Shown: piece after piece, positions 29,369 to 39,212 of the stretch | How positions within the stretch are numbered: the first letter of the stretch is position 1 | Layout: each line of letters begins with the position of its first letter | Virus record (IMG/VR): IMGVR_UViG_3300033075_001196 | Location: 1-64,000 of that record | Length of the DNA stretch: 64,000 nt | Origin: a virus | Taxonomy: Duplodnaviria > Caudoviricetes | Strand: one strand, 5' to 3' | Program-made: the position numbers and the translations under genes | The notes under the pieces: model-generated | Databases searched by the model: none | Seen by the model: the letters and a program-made list of their open reading frames with translations, nothing else | What the model was told of the DNA's origin: nothing

Positions 29369-29800
29369 TTAAAATTCTTGTAATAAAATATTTTTGGATT
29401 CATTTTCAGCCCTAACTAAATACATAGCTTGCTCTAATATATTCATGGCTTGTATAAATCCAGATCTGTCATCCAAATAAACATTACAATATGGTTTTGT
29501 ATTATGGCCAAATGGCAACTTAATTGGATTCTTATTAATACCATCCATTTCAATGCCATTATTTTTACAAAATCCTAATATATCATCATATCTACCAGGA
29601 TCACAACAAGTATATACAATTGTATATGCTCCAGTTTCTTTAGCCTTCTGGATTAATTTAATACATCTCATTATGTCCTCATCATTTTCAATGGTTGGAT
29701 ATGGGCTAATCGTTGAATCAAAATCGACTCCAATTATTATTTTACCGTGTTCCATCCATTCATTGAATAGACGGTTAACATATTTTGTTATATCGTTCAT
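29369..29800 (-). CDS. HAD-superfamily hydrolase
   Basis: GVDFDST...KPYCNVYLDDR. Confidence 0.8.
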   Translation of the reverse strand: MNDITKYVNRLFNEWMEHGKIIIGVDFDSTISPYPTIENDEDIMRCIKLIQKAKETGAYTIVYTCCDPGRYDDILGFCKNNGIEMDGINKNPIKLPFGHNTKPYCNVYLDDRSGFIQAMNILEQAMYLVRAENESKNILLQEF

Positions 29801-30174
29801 AATCTCATTTTAGTTATTGGGTCATTATTATATGCTTCAATCGTCAATTTCATTAAAACAAATCTTTTTTCATAATCATCAATTAATTTAGTTTTTACTT
29901 CAAGTTCAGTTTCCTGCATTGCAATGGTCCTCTCATGTGAACTGATTAATTGCTTATAAAGATCAACCATTTCAGTCAATATTCTATTTTGTTCCTCTAG
30001 ATTTTCCATATTAATGCGGATTCATTGAATCCGCATAAGTTTTCATATATTGAGCATTTGATATTGCATCTTGCCTTAAATCATATATGATTTTCTCCTG
30101 CTTGGCTATTATTCCATTCAACACCTCAATCTGAAGCTCCAATGCTTCCACCAATTCTACTAATTCATCTGGCA

Positions 30175-30519
30175 TTATCCTACTTCTTCCTCCTTAACAA
30201 CTTGATCTAATACAGGATATATGTAATCAGGTGTCCGATCCTTAACTGCCAATTCGGTCCTAGGCCATTTAGGTTTTGGTGATCCTTTTCTATAAGCCTC
30301 CCATTCATTAAATCTTTGCTCTCTAGTTAAGCCAATCAATTTCATTGCTCTGAGCAATGATAATCTTCTTCCCGTTTCTCGGCAAAAGTTGTCTGCCCTT
30401 GAACATTTGGCTCTTGCACCAATATATACATCCTCTTCTGTTGGAATGATACATTCTGTTAGGCCGGCTGTTCTGTCATGCCTAAATTTGACTTGTAAAT
30501 TATGTAATTTTGTAAACAT
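30175..30519 (-). CDS. Phage hypothetical protein
   Basis: AKCSRADNFCRETGRRLSLLRA. Confidence 0.65.
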   Translation of the reverse strand: MFTKLHNLQVKFRHDRTAGLTECIIPTEEDVYIGARAKCSRADNFCRETGRRLSLLRAMKLIGLTREQRFNEWEAYRKGSPKPKWPRTELAVKDRTPDYIYPVLDQVVKEEEVG

Positions 30520-31710
30520 TTTATATTATTTTTAATTAATTTCTAATAATTTATCTGTATCATATTTTAAAATTTATGTGGTATAGGGTCAAGTGCCCAA
30601 TCAAGATATTCGTTGAATGCTTCTTCTAAGTCGTATTTGTGTGGATTGAATAAACCTAATGCTATAGCTTCTAATGCTTTATGGTAAGGCAACATTTTTT
30701 GCATTCCATTTTCACAATTAGTAAACACCAATTGCGGAATTAATATATCTGTCCCATCAATTGAACATGGTTCTTTTGTAAATGTCAAATGAACATTATC
30801 TGTAGGCTTTGGTTTTGGTGGAAGATTCATACGAATATACATTGTGCTAGCATCTATATCCAATAACTTAAAATGCATTTTATTTAATCTAAGCTTGGAC
30901 TTATAGACCTTATAAATCAATATGCTTAAAAGCACAATATTTATAAACAATTCAATAATTAATATTGTTGAATTCATATTACATTATTTCTTTTTTAAGC
31001 CACTTAATAGTAACATGGTTTGGAGTACCCACTGCTCTTTCAAATAATAATTCAATTTCAGTGCCTGCCTCTGGGGGTATTCCATTTCCAGTTACTTGAA
31101 ACCATTTAAAATTTGGGTGTTCTCCACCAGCTAGTGGATGTATTTCTACCAACGAGGTAAACGATCTATTTAATGCAGCCATTGTTGCTGGATCAAGCAA
31201 CATATGTTTTTGTATTCTAAAAAACGCCATATTTACTATTTATACTATAAAGATATATTATATATTTCAATTAACCAAATTTATTCTTAAATATCAGAAC
31301 CAATCCATAGCTTGATTGTATTTGTTTCCTGTTCCGCTTCTGATAGTTTATTATGCATTTTGATATGTACCCCATTCAATCTTTCAAAATGGACAACACC
31401 TGATCGATGTTGTATTAATACATTGCCTCTACAATTGACTCTACCACAATGATTGCACTGTTTATTCTTTACACCACAATTTTCATGTTGACATGGATTA
31501 CCATTTAAAATATTCTGGGTTTCTTCAATTATCTTTGATTTTTTCATTTCTTCATGAAATAATTTATTGTGAATGGCAACCAACCAAATATAATAGTCCA
31601 TTTTGCAGCAGTAGTCATACTAGTCTTCATTATATGATTGTTCCATTCACACATTGCCAACATGATGTATCCAATGAATATGTAAATTGAAATTCCAATG
31701 ATTATTCCCG

Positions 31711-32322
31711 TCATGTTTTTATTTTTGGTCTAAAACTTGTTTTTAAATCAAATCCATGAGATTGGATTCTAATATCATCACCACCAATTGGTACAGTAGG
31801 TTCTATTACCATTGAGGCTAAAAATGATGACAGTAAAATCCATATCTCTTTGGGAGGTAAAAAACTAGCTAAATTGAAATGTTCCAGTTTTGGAAATTTA
31901 TATGGTTCATCAGTCAAGTCACCTGTCGGTTTGATTCTATATAATAAAATAGGGCAACCTTCCTTCGAATTAAGATTAGTATCTGTGATAAGCTTATTAA
32001 CAATTATATTATTTCTATACTTAGTATCTGCATCGAAATAGTATAAAATATTTTTAGTCTTATCATATCTGTGGCGACTTAGATAAGTCAGGTATGATTG
32101 GCCCACTGTTGGTGCGTAATCTAATTGATCTAATTGATCTCCATAATAATATGTATTATTTTTATATATGCCTTGGATCATTTTATTTCCAACGCACAGT
32201 GCAAATACTTCATCTGGAACTATTGTGGATCCTTCTCTTCTATCTAAAACTAACTTAGGATCTTCACCATATATTCCGACTAGATAATCATAATAGTCTT
32301 TATACTTAGATATTATTTTCAT
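31711..32322 (-). CDS. Phage hypothetical protein
   Basis: MKIISKYKDYYD...HGFDLKTSFR. Confidence 0.7.
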   Translation of the reverse strand: MKIISKYKDYYDYLVGIYGEDPKLVLDRREGSTIVPDEVFALCVGNKMIQGIYKNNTYYYGDQLDQLDYAPTVGQSYLTYLSRHRYDKTKNILYYFDADTKYRNNIIVNKLITDTNLNSKEGCPILLYRIKPTGDLTDEPYKFPKLEHFNLASFLPPKEIWILLSSFLASMVIEPTVPIGGDDIRIQSHGFDLKTSFRPKIKT

Positions 32323-32324
32323 AA

Positions 32325-32780
32325 CTAGAAATTATAAATATATTCTCCTTTATCATTAGCATGAATGGATTCCAAATGCGCAATGATGTGTCTGATCAAA
32401 TATAGCCTGGGTTCAAGACAATCTTGTACACTTGGCACATCATTGTATATGGGATAAAAATAGAGCTTTCCCATTCCAGGTTGAACTAAAATCATTGGGA
32501 CATGCCTATATACAATATTTTTTGATATTTTTAAAGTCTCTGGAGAATACATATCCTTCATTTGCTCTATTGCTAAACAGAGACCCTTCCGCAAGCTTGG
32601 TAGGATAACAGCCTGTTTAGATTCAATTGCATGAGTATATATTTTCTTTAAATCTTTAAAGATTAATAACTGTTGTAGATATTGTTCTCGATCCATTATA
32701 CTTGGATTATATTCTACAAATGTTGGGCTATCATCCTTCTGAGATGTTATAGAATTCCAGAGTTTTTTAAATATATTCAT
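32325..32780 (-). CDS. GLC-family paralog 7 (dispersed)
   Basis: KGLC...YFYP...PRLYLI. Confidence 0.65.
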   Translation of the reverse strand: MNIFKKLWNSITSQKDDSPTFVEYNPSIMDREQYLQQLLIFKDLKKIYTHAIESKQAVILPSLRKGLCLAIEQMKDMYSPETLKISKNIVYRHVPMILVQPGMGKLYFYPIYNDVPSVQDCLEPRLYLIRHIIAHLESIHANDKGEYIYNF

Positions 32781-32804
32781 AATCTTTTTTATATAATTAT
32801 AAGC

Positions 32805-33986
32805 TTAATCATTTTCTTTTTTAGCTGCAAACAATGTTTCAAAACTCAATTGATCCAATTCTTCCAATCCCATTCCGTTATTTTGCTGCAATATTTCCAT
32901 AAACTCGAATTCTTTGGTATGCCGAACTTCATCATATACTATACCATTTTCTTTAGAAAGGGTATAATATAATTTGACTTTTTCTTTACCTTTACGGTTT
33001 TTTTCAAAAATCATATATCTTTTACCTCTTTCTTTTGGATCCCACAACAATTGTAAGAATCCGGTTGTCATATGTTCCAATCTTTTTGATCCCACATATT
33101 GGCCGGATTTATTTTTTTGTTGAATGGCTAAGAAGGAGGTGTACAAATTTAATTTATTATGTCCTGAATTGTGTTTATTAAATAAATCTAACATATATCT
33201 TTCACCCTTTTTAAAAGAGTTTATGTCTAGATCTTCTTGAATCATTCCTTGGGTTTCATATAATGAATCAAGAACTACTACGTCCCAACCTTGGTCTAAC
33301 GTAGCTTGCAATGCTTGGTATGCTTTAATTTTTTGATTAGGATCTGTGACATACTCGCCTAAGAATAAGAAATCTATTTTTTCTAATCCTGGATAAAATT
33401 GAAGGAACTCTTGTACATCAATCCGAGACATTTCAGCTGATATATATAATACTCTTTTATTAACGTCAGCTTTAACAATTCCAACCAGAATATCCATTAA
33501 ATTGGATGATTTACCAATTCCCGGATCACCGGTTATCATTATATTGGTCGCCGGCAATATTCCCCCAACCCTGCTCCAGAATTTATCTAAATATTTATTT
33601 GTTTTAATTGGTGTAAATAGTCTTGGATCAAATTCCACATCTTCTAGCCGCACAGTTTCAATTACAATATCTTCAATTGGTACTTCCTCAATTGTTTCCT
33701 CATCAATTGTTGAATCTGCTGTGAATTTTCTTAATCCAATTTTCAAATCACCCTCTGCATTGTGTATTTTAATATGCAGTTTTTTGTTTTGAGCTACACT
33801 CCAAGCATGAGGTGTAATATTGGTGCTCAATTCACCAATTTGTAATACCGCCTTTCCATTATTATCAAATTTGAATTTCAATAATGATTCCACGGGATCT
33901 ATTTTTTTACCATTAGTTTGGAATTGGGAACAATCACCAATTTCTGAAAATGGGACATCTGGTCTTAAGTATATTGGTAATTCCAT
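32805..33986 (-). CDS. RadA/Sms-like RecA-fold ATPase
   Basis: Walker A GDPGIGKS, YISAE, Walker B VVLDS, GSKRLEH, KNR. Confidence 0.8.
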   Translation of the reverse strand: MELPIYLRPDVPFSEIGDCSQFQTNGKKIDPVESLLKFKFDNNGKAVLQIGELSTNITPHAWSVAQNKKLHIKIHNAEGDLKIGLRKFTADSTIDEETIEEVPIEDIVIETVRLEDVEFDPRLFTPIKTNKYLDKFWSRVGGILPATNIMITGDPGIGKSSNLMDILVGIVKADVNKRVLYISAEMSRIDVQEFLQFYPGLEKIDFLFLGEYVTDPNQKIKAYQALQATLDQGWDVVVLDSLYETQGMIQEDLDINSFKKGERYMLDLFNKHNSGHNKLNLYTSFLAIQQKNKSGQYVGSKRLEHMTTGFLQLLWDPKERGKRYMIFEKNRKGKEKVKLYYTLSKENGIVYDEVRHTKEFEFMEILQQNNGMGLEELDQLSFETLFAAKKEND

Positions 33987-34460
33987 AATTAAATCAAATT
34001 GTTTTTTGTTAAAAAATCAATTTCTTCCTGCTGTTCTGATTGGAATTCTTCTTCTATTGCAATTTGTGTGGCAACAACAATAACGTGTGATTCAGTTCCA
34101 TTTTTAATTCCCATCAATCTTAAGATTGATTCCAAACTAAATAAACAAGTAATGTGCATTTCTGCTAGATTGGTATTATAATATTGATCATGCCATTTAT
34201 CTATTATGGCTTGGTCATAATTGCCGTCTTTTAGAGCGGCTTCGATTTGGTTTAAAATTGATTTTAACATATGCTTTATTTTTAATTACGCCATAAAGAT
34301 AAATGTATATGTTCAAATAACCAAGAAAATAATCGAATATTTTAGCAGATTCTATAATAGGTTGAGTATCAATGGATTATAACTACTTAAATATCAAGAG
34401 GCTATATTATAATCTTTCAACTATATATAACCCCTTGATCACCAAATATTTCAATGATTA

Positions 34461-36293
34461 TTACTTAAGTACGTTTGCTCTAACTAATTGATATCTATTA
34501 CTTCTATGCAATGATTCTAATGGAGTAAATACATCCATAATATCAATGTCTTTAAAGTTAGTTAAAAATTGCTCAATAGCAGCTGGATTTGGTGGTACCA
34601 TCATAAAATTCTCAATCCCACTAAATTGTTTAATATCTTGGGATGAATTATAAGCAACATCTATTGCTACAATAAATGGTTTAAATCCAAAATACTTTTG
34701 GCATCTTGCAAAGAAATCATTTAATGATGAACTAGCACTTCCCAAATTATTAAAATTTCCATCACTAATCAATGTCCATACTGGGAATTGTTGCAACATC
34801 TCTAACTTATTTGGATCACCACCAATCCATTGATTAATACTATCTGGAATAGAACTAACATTAGTACCATTTCCAGTCGAATGAGCATCCAAAAATGATT
34901 TAAACTCTTTAAGGTTATCCAAGAAATGTTTTTCTGGATTCATTAAAGGTTTTGCAACATCTTTGCTAGTAGCATTTATTATTGCATTTCTTGCATTAGA
35001 TTGTTTGGTAATTGAATTAAACATTCTACAAACATTACTAAATAAACCAACTATTGATCTACCAACATCATCTGGATTTTTCAATAAGCAAATTGAAGCA
35101 ATAAATGCTGCAAACTGTCTAGCACTGAATCCAAATCCACCATAACCAGAATTCATAGATCCTGAATCGTCAACAAATACTAATGTATTATATGGCAACT
35201 TTATTTTATCCAGGAATGGTTGTAATTTAACTTTATCTATAGTTCCATTAATTGTTTCTACAAACATATCTTTGAAATTAATGGCACCTGTAGTTACTTT
35301 AGCTTCCTTCTTAACTTTAACTAATGTCTCAACATCTGTTTCAGAAGCGGTTCCTTGTCTTACCTTTTCTTCTAGAACTCTTTGCTTAGATTGTGCTTCT
35401 ACTTTAGATGTTTCCCAAATTTGAAACCATTTTGCTAAATTAGTCCATTTCTCATTGATGTTTCCTTTGGCATCAAACAACCTTCTCTTAACTCGATATC
35501 TAGCTCCAGCTGGTAATTTATTCAGCCAATTGAGAAATTCTTGCTGATCAAATTCTTTAATTTTACCTGAAGAGAATAATACTGATTCAATATCACCAAT
35601 ATATTCTTTTCTCCAATTATAGTAATCAGTAAATATGGTGAATTTTTCTTTTTGATCATACTTCCAACCAATCTTGTCTGATAATGATTTAATCAATTCA
35701 GCCTTTAAATTGGCTTGAGTTTTGGTGACCGACAATAATTTTTTATGACCTGATCTCTTTGATGTTCTTGGGCGAGTTAGAAATTTAGCTAACAACATCT
35801 TATCAAATGGTGAATTGCCTTTAACAATTTTTGCTAAAAATCCAGAAATATCATCAATTTCAGATTGTTTATAAGCAACTATAGAACCTATTACCTTATC
35901 AGTTTTCCTTTGTGTTTGAACTCGATTTGCTAATAAAATATCAAATGAATTAAATTCATTGAATAATCTAGCATTCATGAATTTTACATACTGTTTGTAA
36001 TTGGTATTTTTAAGCCAATCTACAATTACTCTAAAGGCTGCTAAATTGCTTCCACCACCAGAATCAACTTTGTCTTTACCAAAAATGTTATGGGTTCTTC
36101 CTGTAATATCCCCGATAGAAAATAATAAAGAATAAAACATTTCCTTTTGTTCTAAAGTCTTGCATTCTTTAAGACATGAATCCAACACTCCTTTAGAAAC
36201 TACGCCTTTATTTCCTTCTTGAAACAACTTAAGGCAGTTAGCCATCCCATAAAATGGGTTACTATTTTTTTTATTTAATTCAATTTTCATCAT
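34461..36293 (-). CDS. TROVE/DUF2828-like helical domain plus C-terminal VWA (Ro60-like)
   Basis: MIDAS DDSGSM, GTN, ISDG; N-terminal GDITGR..GGG...FR..WL and LAKFL resemble DUF2828; likely start MMKIEL. Confidence 0.7.
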   Translation of the reverse strand: MMKIELNKKNSNPFYGMANCLKLFQEGNKGVVSKGVLDSCLKECKTLEQKEMFYSLLFSIGDITGRTHNIFGKDKVDSGGGSNLAAFRVIVDWLKNTNYKQYVKFMNARLFNEFNSFDILLANRVQTQRKTDKVIGSIVAYKQSEIDDISGFLAKIVKGNSPFDKMLLAKFLTRPRTSKRSGHKKLLSVTKTQANLKAELIKSLSDKIGWKYDQKEKFTIFTDYYNWRKEYIGDIESVLFSSGKIKEFDQQEFLNWLNKLPAGARYRVKRRLFDAKGNINEKWTNLAKWFQIWETSKVEAQSKQRVLEEKVRQGTASETDVETLVKVKKEAKVTTGAINFKDMFVETINGTIDKVKLQPFLDKIKLPYNTLVFVDDSGSMNSGYGGFGFSARQFAAFIASICLLKNPDDVGRSIVGLFSNVCRMFNSITKQSNARNAIINATSKDVAKPLMNPEKHFLDNLKEFKSFLDAHSTGNGTNVSSIPDSINQWIGGDPNKLEMLQQFPVWTLISDGNFNNLGSASSSLNDFFARCQKYFGFKPFIVAIDVAYNSSQDIKQFSGIENFMMVPPNPAAIEQFLTNFKDIDIMDVFTPLESLHRSNRYQLVRANVLK

Positions 36294-36294
36294 A

Positions 36295-36350
36295 AAAATA
36301 CTTTTTTTAGTTGTTTGAAAAGACAATTTGTTTTAGTTTGTAAGTATCTT
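36295..36350 (-). promoter_or_regulatory. Minimal ACTTACAAA stem element in 5' UTR of the VWA gene
   Basis: AAGATACTTACAAA...AAGTATTTT ends just before the ATG. Confidence 0.6.
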
Positions 36351-36354
36351 AAAG

Positions 36355-36470
36355 TGCCGGAGAGGGGAATCGAACCACCTGTTACATAAATTCACATTTT
36401 ATTTGAAGTTTTATTTGTTTGTAACTATCTTTATGAGTAAGATAGTAAATACCAACATTTCAACTCCGGC
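36355..36470 (-). ncRNA. tRNA-like RNA with insert carrying GTTACAAAC
   Basis: GCCGGAG/CTCCGGC-A acceptor; GGTTCGATTCC T arm; no normal anticodon arm. Confidence 0.7.
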
Positions 36471-36484
36471 ATGTAATATAAAAT

Positions 36485-36598
36485 AAGTCACTTATTTTTT
36501 TGATCATTTATAAGATGATTGCCTAACCATTTGGCTAACTTCCTTTGTAGGAGGTATTGGATTCGAACCAATATTATTGTAGGTTTTGTAAGTGACTT
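36485..36598 (-). ncRNA. YrlA-like Y RNA with permuted tRNA domain
   Basis: 10-bp terminal stem AAGTCACTTA/TAAGTGACTT enclosing T arm, loop-closed acceptor stem, D arm and a hairpin. Confidence 0.8.
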
Positions 36599-36617
36599 TT
36601 TGAGTCTTTAAAAATGA

Positions 36618-36779
36618 TCCGGGCAATTTTTTTCCAGAGCAGAATAAATAGAGCTATTGGTATTATCTCCTAATCCGTCATGTCAGTTGCGCTGACCGAG
36701 GTTCTGATGCACCAGGTTTCCCGTATTTTCATTTTATTTCGCAGAACTATCTGTTATCGGATACTGGTAGTGTTCCGGA
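36618..36779 (-). ncRNA. Unknown structured RNA
   Basis: TCCGG/CCGGA terminal stem, CCAG/CTGG, GTCAG-CGCAA-CTGAC hairpin; GC-rich; no ORF. Confidence 0.5.
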
Positions 36780-36854
36780 CTGCATACTTTAAAATTATTT
36801 TATTGATCATTTAATATCTTAGAATCTTTATTCAAAGATTGTGGTTTAAAAAAT

Positions 36855-36963
36855 GAGTTACTTGAGTTTTAAATTGCGGGAGTTGAACCCGCCTATCATT
36901 CTCCAAAAGTATGTGCCCCACCACGGGGCGAATTTTAACTGTTAGTTATTTTGTAAGTAACTC
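36855..36963 (-). ncRNA. Y-like RNA enclosing a full tRNA-like cloverleaf (TTG loop)
   Basis: GAGTTACTT/AAGTAACTC stem; GCCCC-GTGGT-GGGGC; GCGGG-TTCAACT-CCCGC. Confidence 0.75.
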
Positions 36964-36979
36964 TTTGAATTTTAAAATA

Positions 36980-37081
36980 AAGACACTTAGTTTCACAAGC
37001 TGGAATTGAACCAGCAACATTCTGCTTTGAAGGCGGACGATCTAACCAATTGATCTATTGTAATAATTTTGTAAGTGTCTT
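36980..37081 (-). ncRNA. Y-like RNA enclosing a tRNA-like cloverleaf (TCA loop)
   Basis: AAGACACTTA/TAAGTGTCTT stem; GATC D arm; CTTCAAA loop; GCTGG-TTCAATT-CCAGC. Confidence 0.8.
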
Positions 37082-37093
37082 ATATTATTTTAA

Positions 37094-37528
37094 CTATGCT
37101 TCCATAGTTGCAATTTCTGCTTCTAATTCTTTAATTTTCTCTTCAGGAGTTTTCTTTTCCTCCTTATATTGAGCTAAAATTAATTTTTTATCCTTTAAAA
37201 TTCTAGCATTTTCTTCCTTCACTTCTTTGAATTTTTTAAATCCAATTAGTAAATCCAATAGTTCAGCTTGATTTTTTAATCCAGCTAATTTGGATTGTTG
37301 ATACTCGGTCATTGACCATCTATCTAATTTAGATGTATTTTCAATTTCCTTTGAAGTAGAAATATACAATTTTTGTAAAGTATTTATTGAAGTTTCCTGC
37401 AACAACTGATGGGCATTTAATGTTGTTCCCATTGCTCCTGTTATAGTACCTCCTGAAAATAACATTGCAGTTAATAATGCATCTAATTGAGCTTTATGCT
37501 CTTTGGTAAAAGTAATTTGTTGTGCCAT
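37094..37528 (-). CDS. Coiled-coil hypothetical protein, first gene of the Y-like RNA operon
   Basis: Follows promoter at 37549-37581. Confidence 0.75.
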   Translation of the reverse strand: MAQQITFTKEHKAQLDALLTAMLFSGGTITGAMGTTLNAHQLLQETSINTLQKLYISTSKEIENTSKLDRWSMTEYQQSKLAGLKNQAELLDLLIGFKKFKEVKEENARILKDKKLILAQYKEEKKTPEEKIKELEAEIATMEA

Positions 37529-37582
37529 ATTTTATCTAATTTCTTAATATAAAGGTAAAAAAAGATTTTCAATTAACCAAAT

Positions 37583-37834
37583 TTATTTTTTAATTCTTTC
37601 TATTTTTAAAACTTGGGATGATGGGTATGTTGCAGTAACACAATCACAAATAGAATCTGTATATATCTTGAGCCAGTTTCCTTCTATGTAGTAATCATTC
37701 GCCTGTATAATTACACTATCAACAAGATAAACATCCCAATTATAAGGAGTAACTGGTTCATTATTTTTATTTGGTTTGTTACAACCGATTGTTAAAATTG
37801 CTAAGAAAAGTATACAAATTAATATTTTTTTCAT
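37583..37834 (-). CDS. Putative lipoprotein
   Basis: Signal peptide ending LTIGC. Confidence 0.65.
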   Translation of the reverse strand: MKKILICILFLAILTIGCNKPNKNNEPVTPYNWDVYLVDSVIIQANDYYIEGNWLKIYTDSICDCVTATYPSSQVLKIERIKK

Positions 37835-37847
37835 TTTAATTATTTTT

Positions 37848-37939
37848 TGGTAGGGAGAAATGGATTCGAACCATTACAACAATCCGCCATCCTTGTCGAA
37901 GGGAACGCAGACCCGATATACCAATTCTCGTATCTCCCC
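37848..37939 (-). ncRNA. tRNA-like RNA with extended anticodon arm and encoded CCA
   Basis: GGGGAGA/TCTCCCT-ACCA; canonical T arm; GTCTGC...GCGGAT with inner CCTT-CGAC-AAGG. Confidence 0.7.
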
Positions 37940-37991
37940 ATAAGTTTAAAAATGTGACCCGGAGTCAATATCCTTCGGCCGGGTCACTTAA

Positions 37992-38134
37992 TGTATTGTG
38001 TCTCTTTGAAAGGTTTAAGCTTATTATACAATTGATCAACCGATTAATCTTCCCCCCATTATGGTAAAATAATTTATGGATGGGGGGATGGGTTTCGAAC
38101 CCACTACTTATTGTTTTATTTGCCTTTCAATACA
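37992..38134 (-). ncRNA. Circularly permuted tRNA-like RNA within a long stem
   Basis: T arm, CCCCCCA-TCCA, linker, TGGGGGG, D arm; flanks TGAAAGG/CCTTTCA and TGTATTG/CAATACA pair. Confidence 0.7.
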
Positions 38135-38239
38135 CCGTGTACCAATAAAGATAAACCTAAAGCTCCTGATCAACACTAACTTACGACAATTTGACTGTTA
38201 ATGTAAACATGATGCTAAGGCTATTATCAGTATCTTTTG

Positions 38240-39037
38240 TTACTTACCTTGATGTAAATAACTAAATATTTTTTCTGCTGTTAAAGTAGATTTAATTGAA
38301 TCCACTTCATTTGCAATCTTGAGAGCTTCAATAACTGCAGTCAACATTTTACTACGTCTGGCTAAAATATTCGCTCTTTCTAAGTGGGATGCTTCCCCTG
38401 AAAATCGTTGGAATGTATAATCTCCCAATTCAATTATAGTATCCTTTGTTGCCAATTGCGGTGTATACTTTGCAGCATCACCCAATTTACCAATGTTTGG
38501 ATCAGTAAGAATATATGATTCCTTTTGGGTCGATTTCTCAACACCAACTTGCATTGGAGATTCAAAAATATCTCTTGAAGCATACATGGCATTTGTAGTT
38601 TTATTCCATGTTTCTGAATCACTTCGTACTGGAATATTTTCATACATCTCCTTCAGTGATCCGTTTTCCAATAATCCCTTGAGGCGCAATAATTCCATTG
38701 AAGTTAATTCACCGAAATTAATACCATCAACAACCAATTTTGCCTTTGCAATACCAGATGAATTGGTTTTTTCTTGGGAGAATAGCGCGTCAATATATTC
38801 TGCAGCATTTTCGGCTAAATAATTGAGTTTTTCATTAACTGTGGTAACTACCAAAGTATTAGATCTCTTGCCAGGTACATCAATACTTCCAGGCTTTGGT
38901 TCATATGTGCGCTTTTCACCTTTGAAAGAGCCTTGCGCACCTTTAAAGAACTTGATATATTCTTCTAGACCTTTTTTAAATACTCCAGCCAAATGGTCAG
39001 TCTTGGCGAGCAATACATTTAATTTTAATCCCGACAT
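38240..39037 (-). CDS. Conserved-looking hypothetical protein (DUF7873-like)
   Basis: KLNVLLA, GEKRTYEP, ELLRLK, IPVR..W, FSG, AL..AN (family recalled, not searched). Confidence 0.6.
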   Translation of the reverse strand: MSGLKLNVLLAKTDHLAGVFKKGLEEYIKFFKGAQGSFKGEKRTYEPKPGSIDVPGKRSNTLVVTTVNEKLNYLAENAAEYIDALFSQEKTNSSGIAKAKLVVDGINFGELTSMELLRLKGLLENGSLKEMYENIPVRSDSETWNKTTNAMYASRDIFESPMQVGVEKSTQKESYILTDPNIGKLGDAAKYTPQLATKDTIIELGDYTFQRFSGEASHLERANILARRSKMLTAVIEALKIANEVDSIKSTLTAEKIFSYLHQGK

Positions 39038-39212
39038 AATTTGTAAAGTTTAGTATAATTAATTAGTTAAAAATATTTTCAGAGTTTTACCATCATCCTG
39101 TAAATCTGCTTCCACCTTGACTCCATATCTGACAAGAATTCTACCGTTAGATTCTGGGTCGGTGTGAGTATGATCAATTACTTCAAATCGAGTTACTTTT
39201 TCTAAATTCATT

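Noticed and set aside
36670-36730. Cobalamin or SAM riboswitch
   Set aside because: Only short partial matches (GGGAA..GGTG, AACCTCGG); other core elements not found
36295-37081. CRISPR array from recurring TTTGTAAGT
   Set aside because: Shared part is ~9 nt, spacing is irregular, interiors fold as tRNA-like RNAs, and no cas genes are present
37992-38134. Two-piece tmRNA
   Set aside because: No G3:U70 alanine identity or tag frame, and a one-piece ssrA exists at 42505
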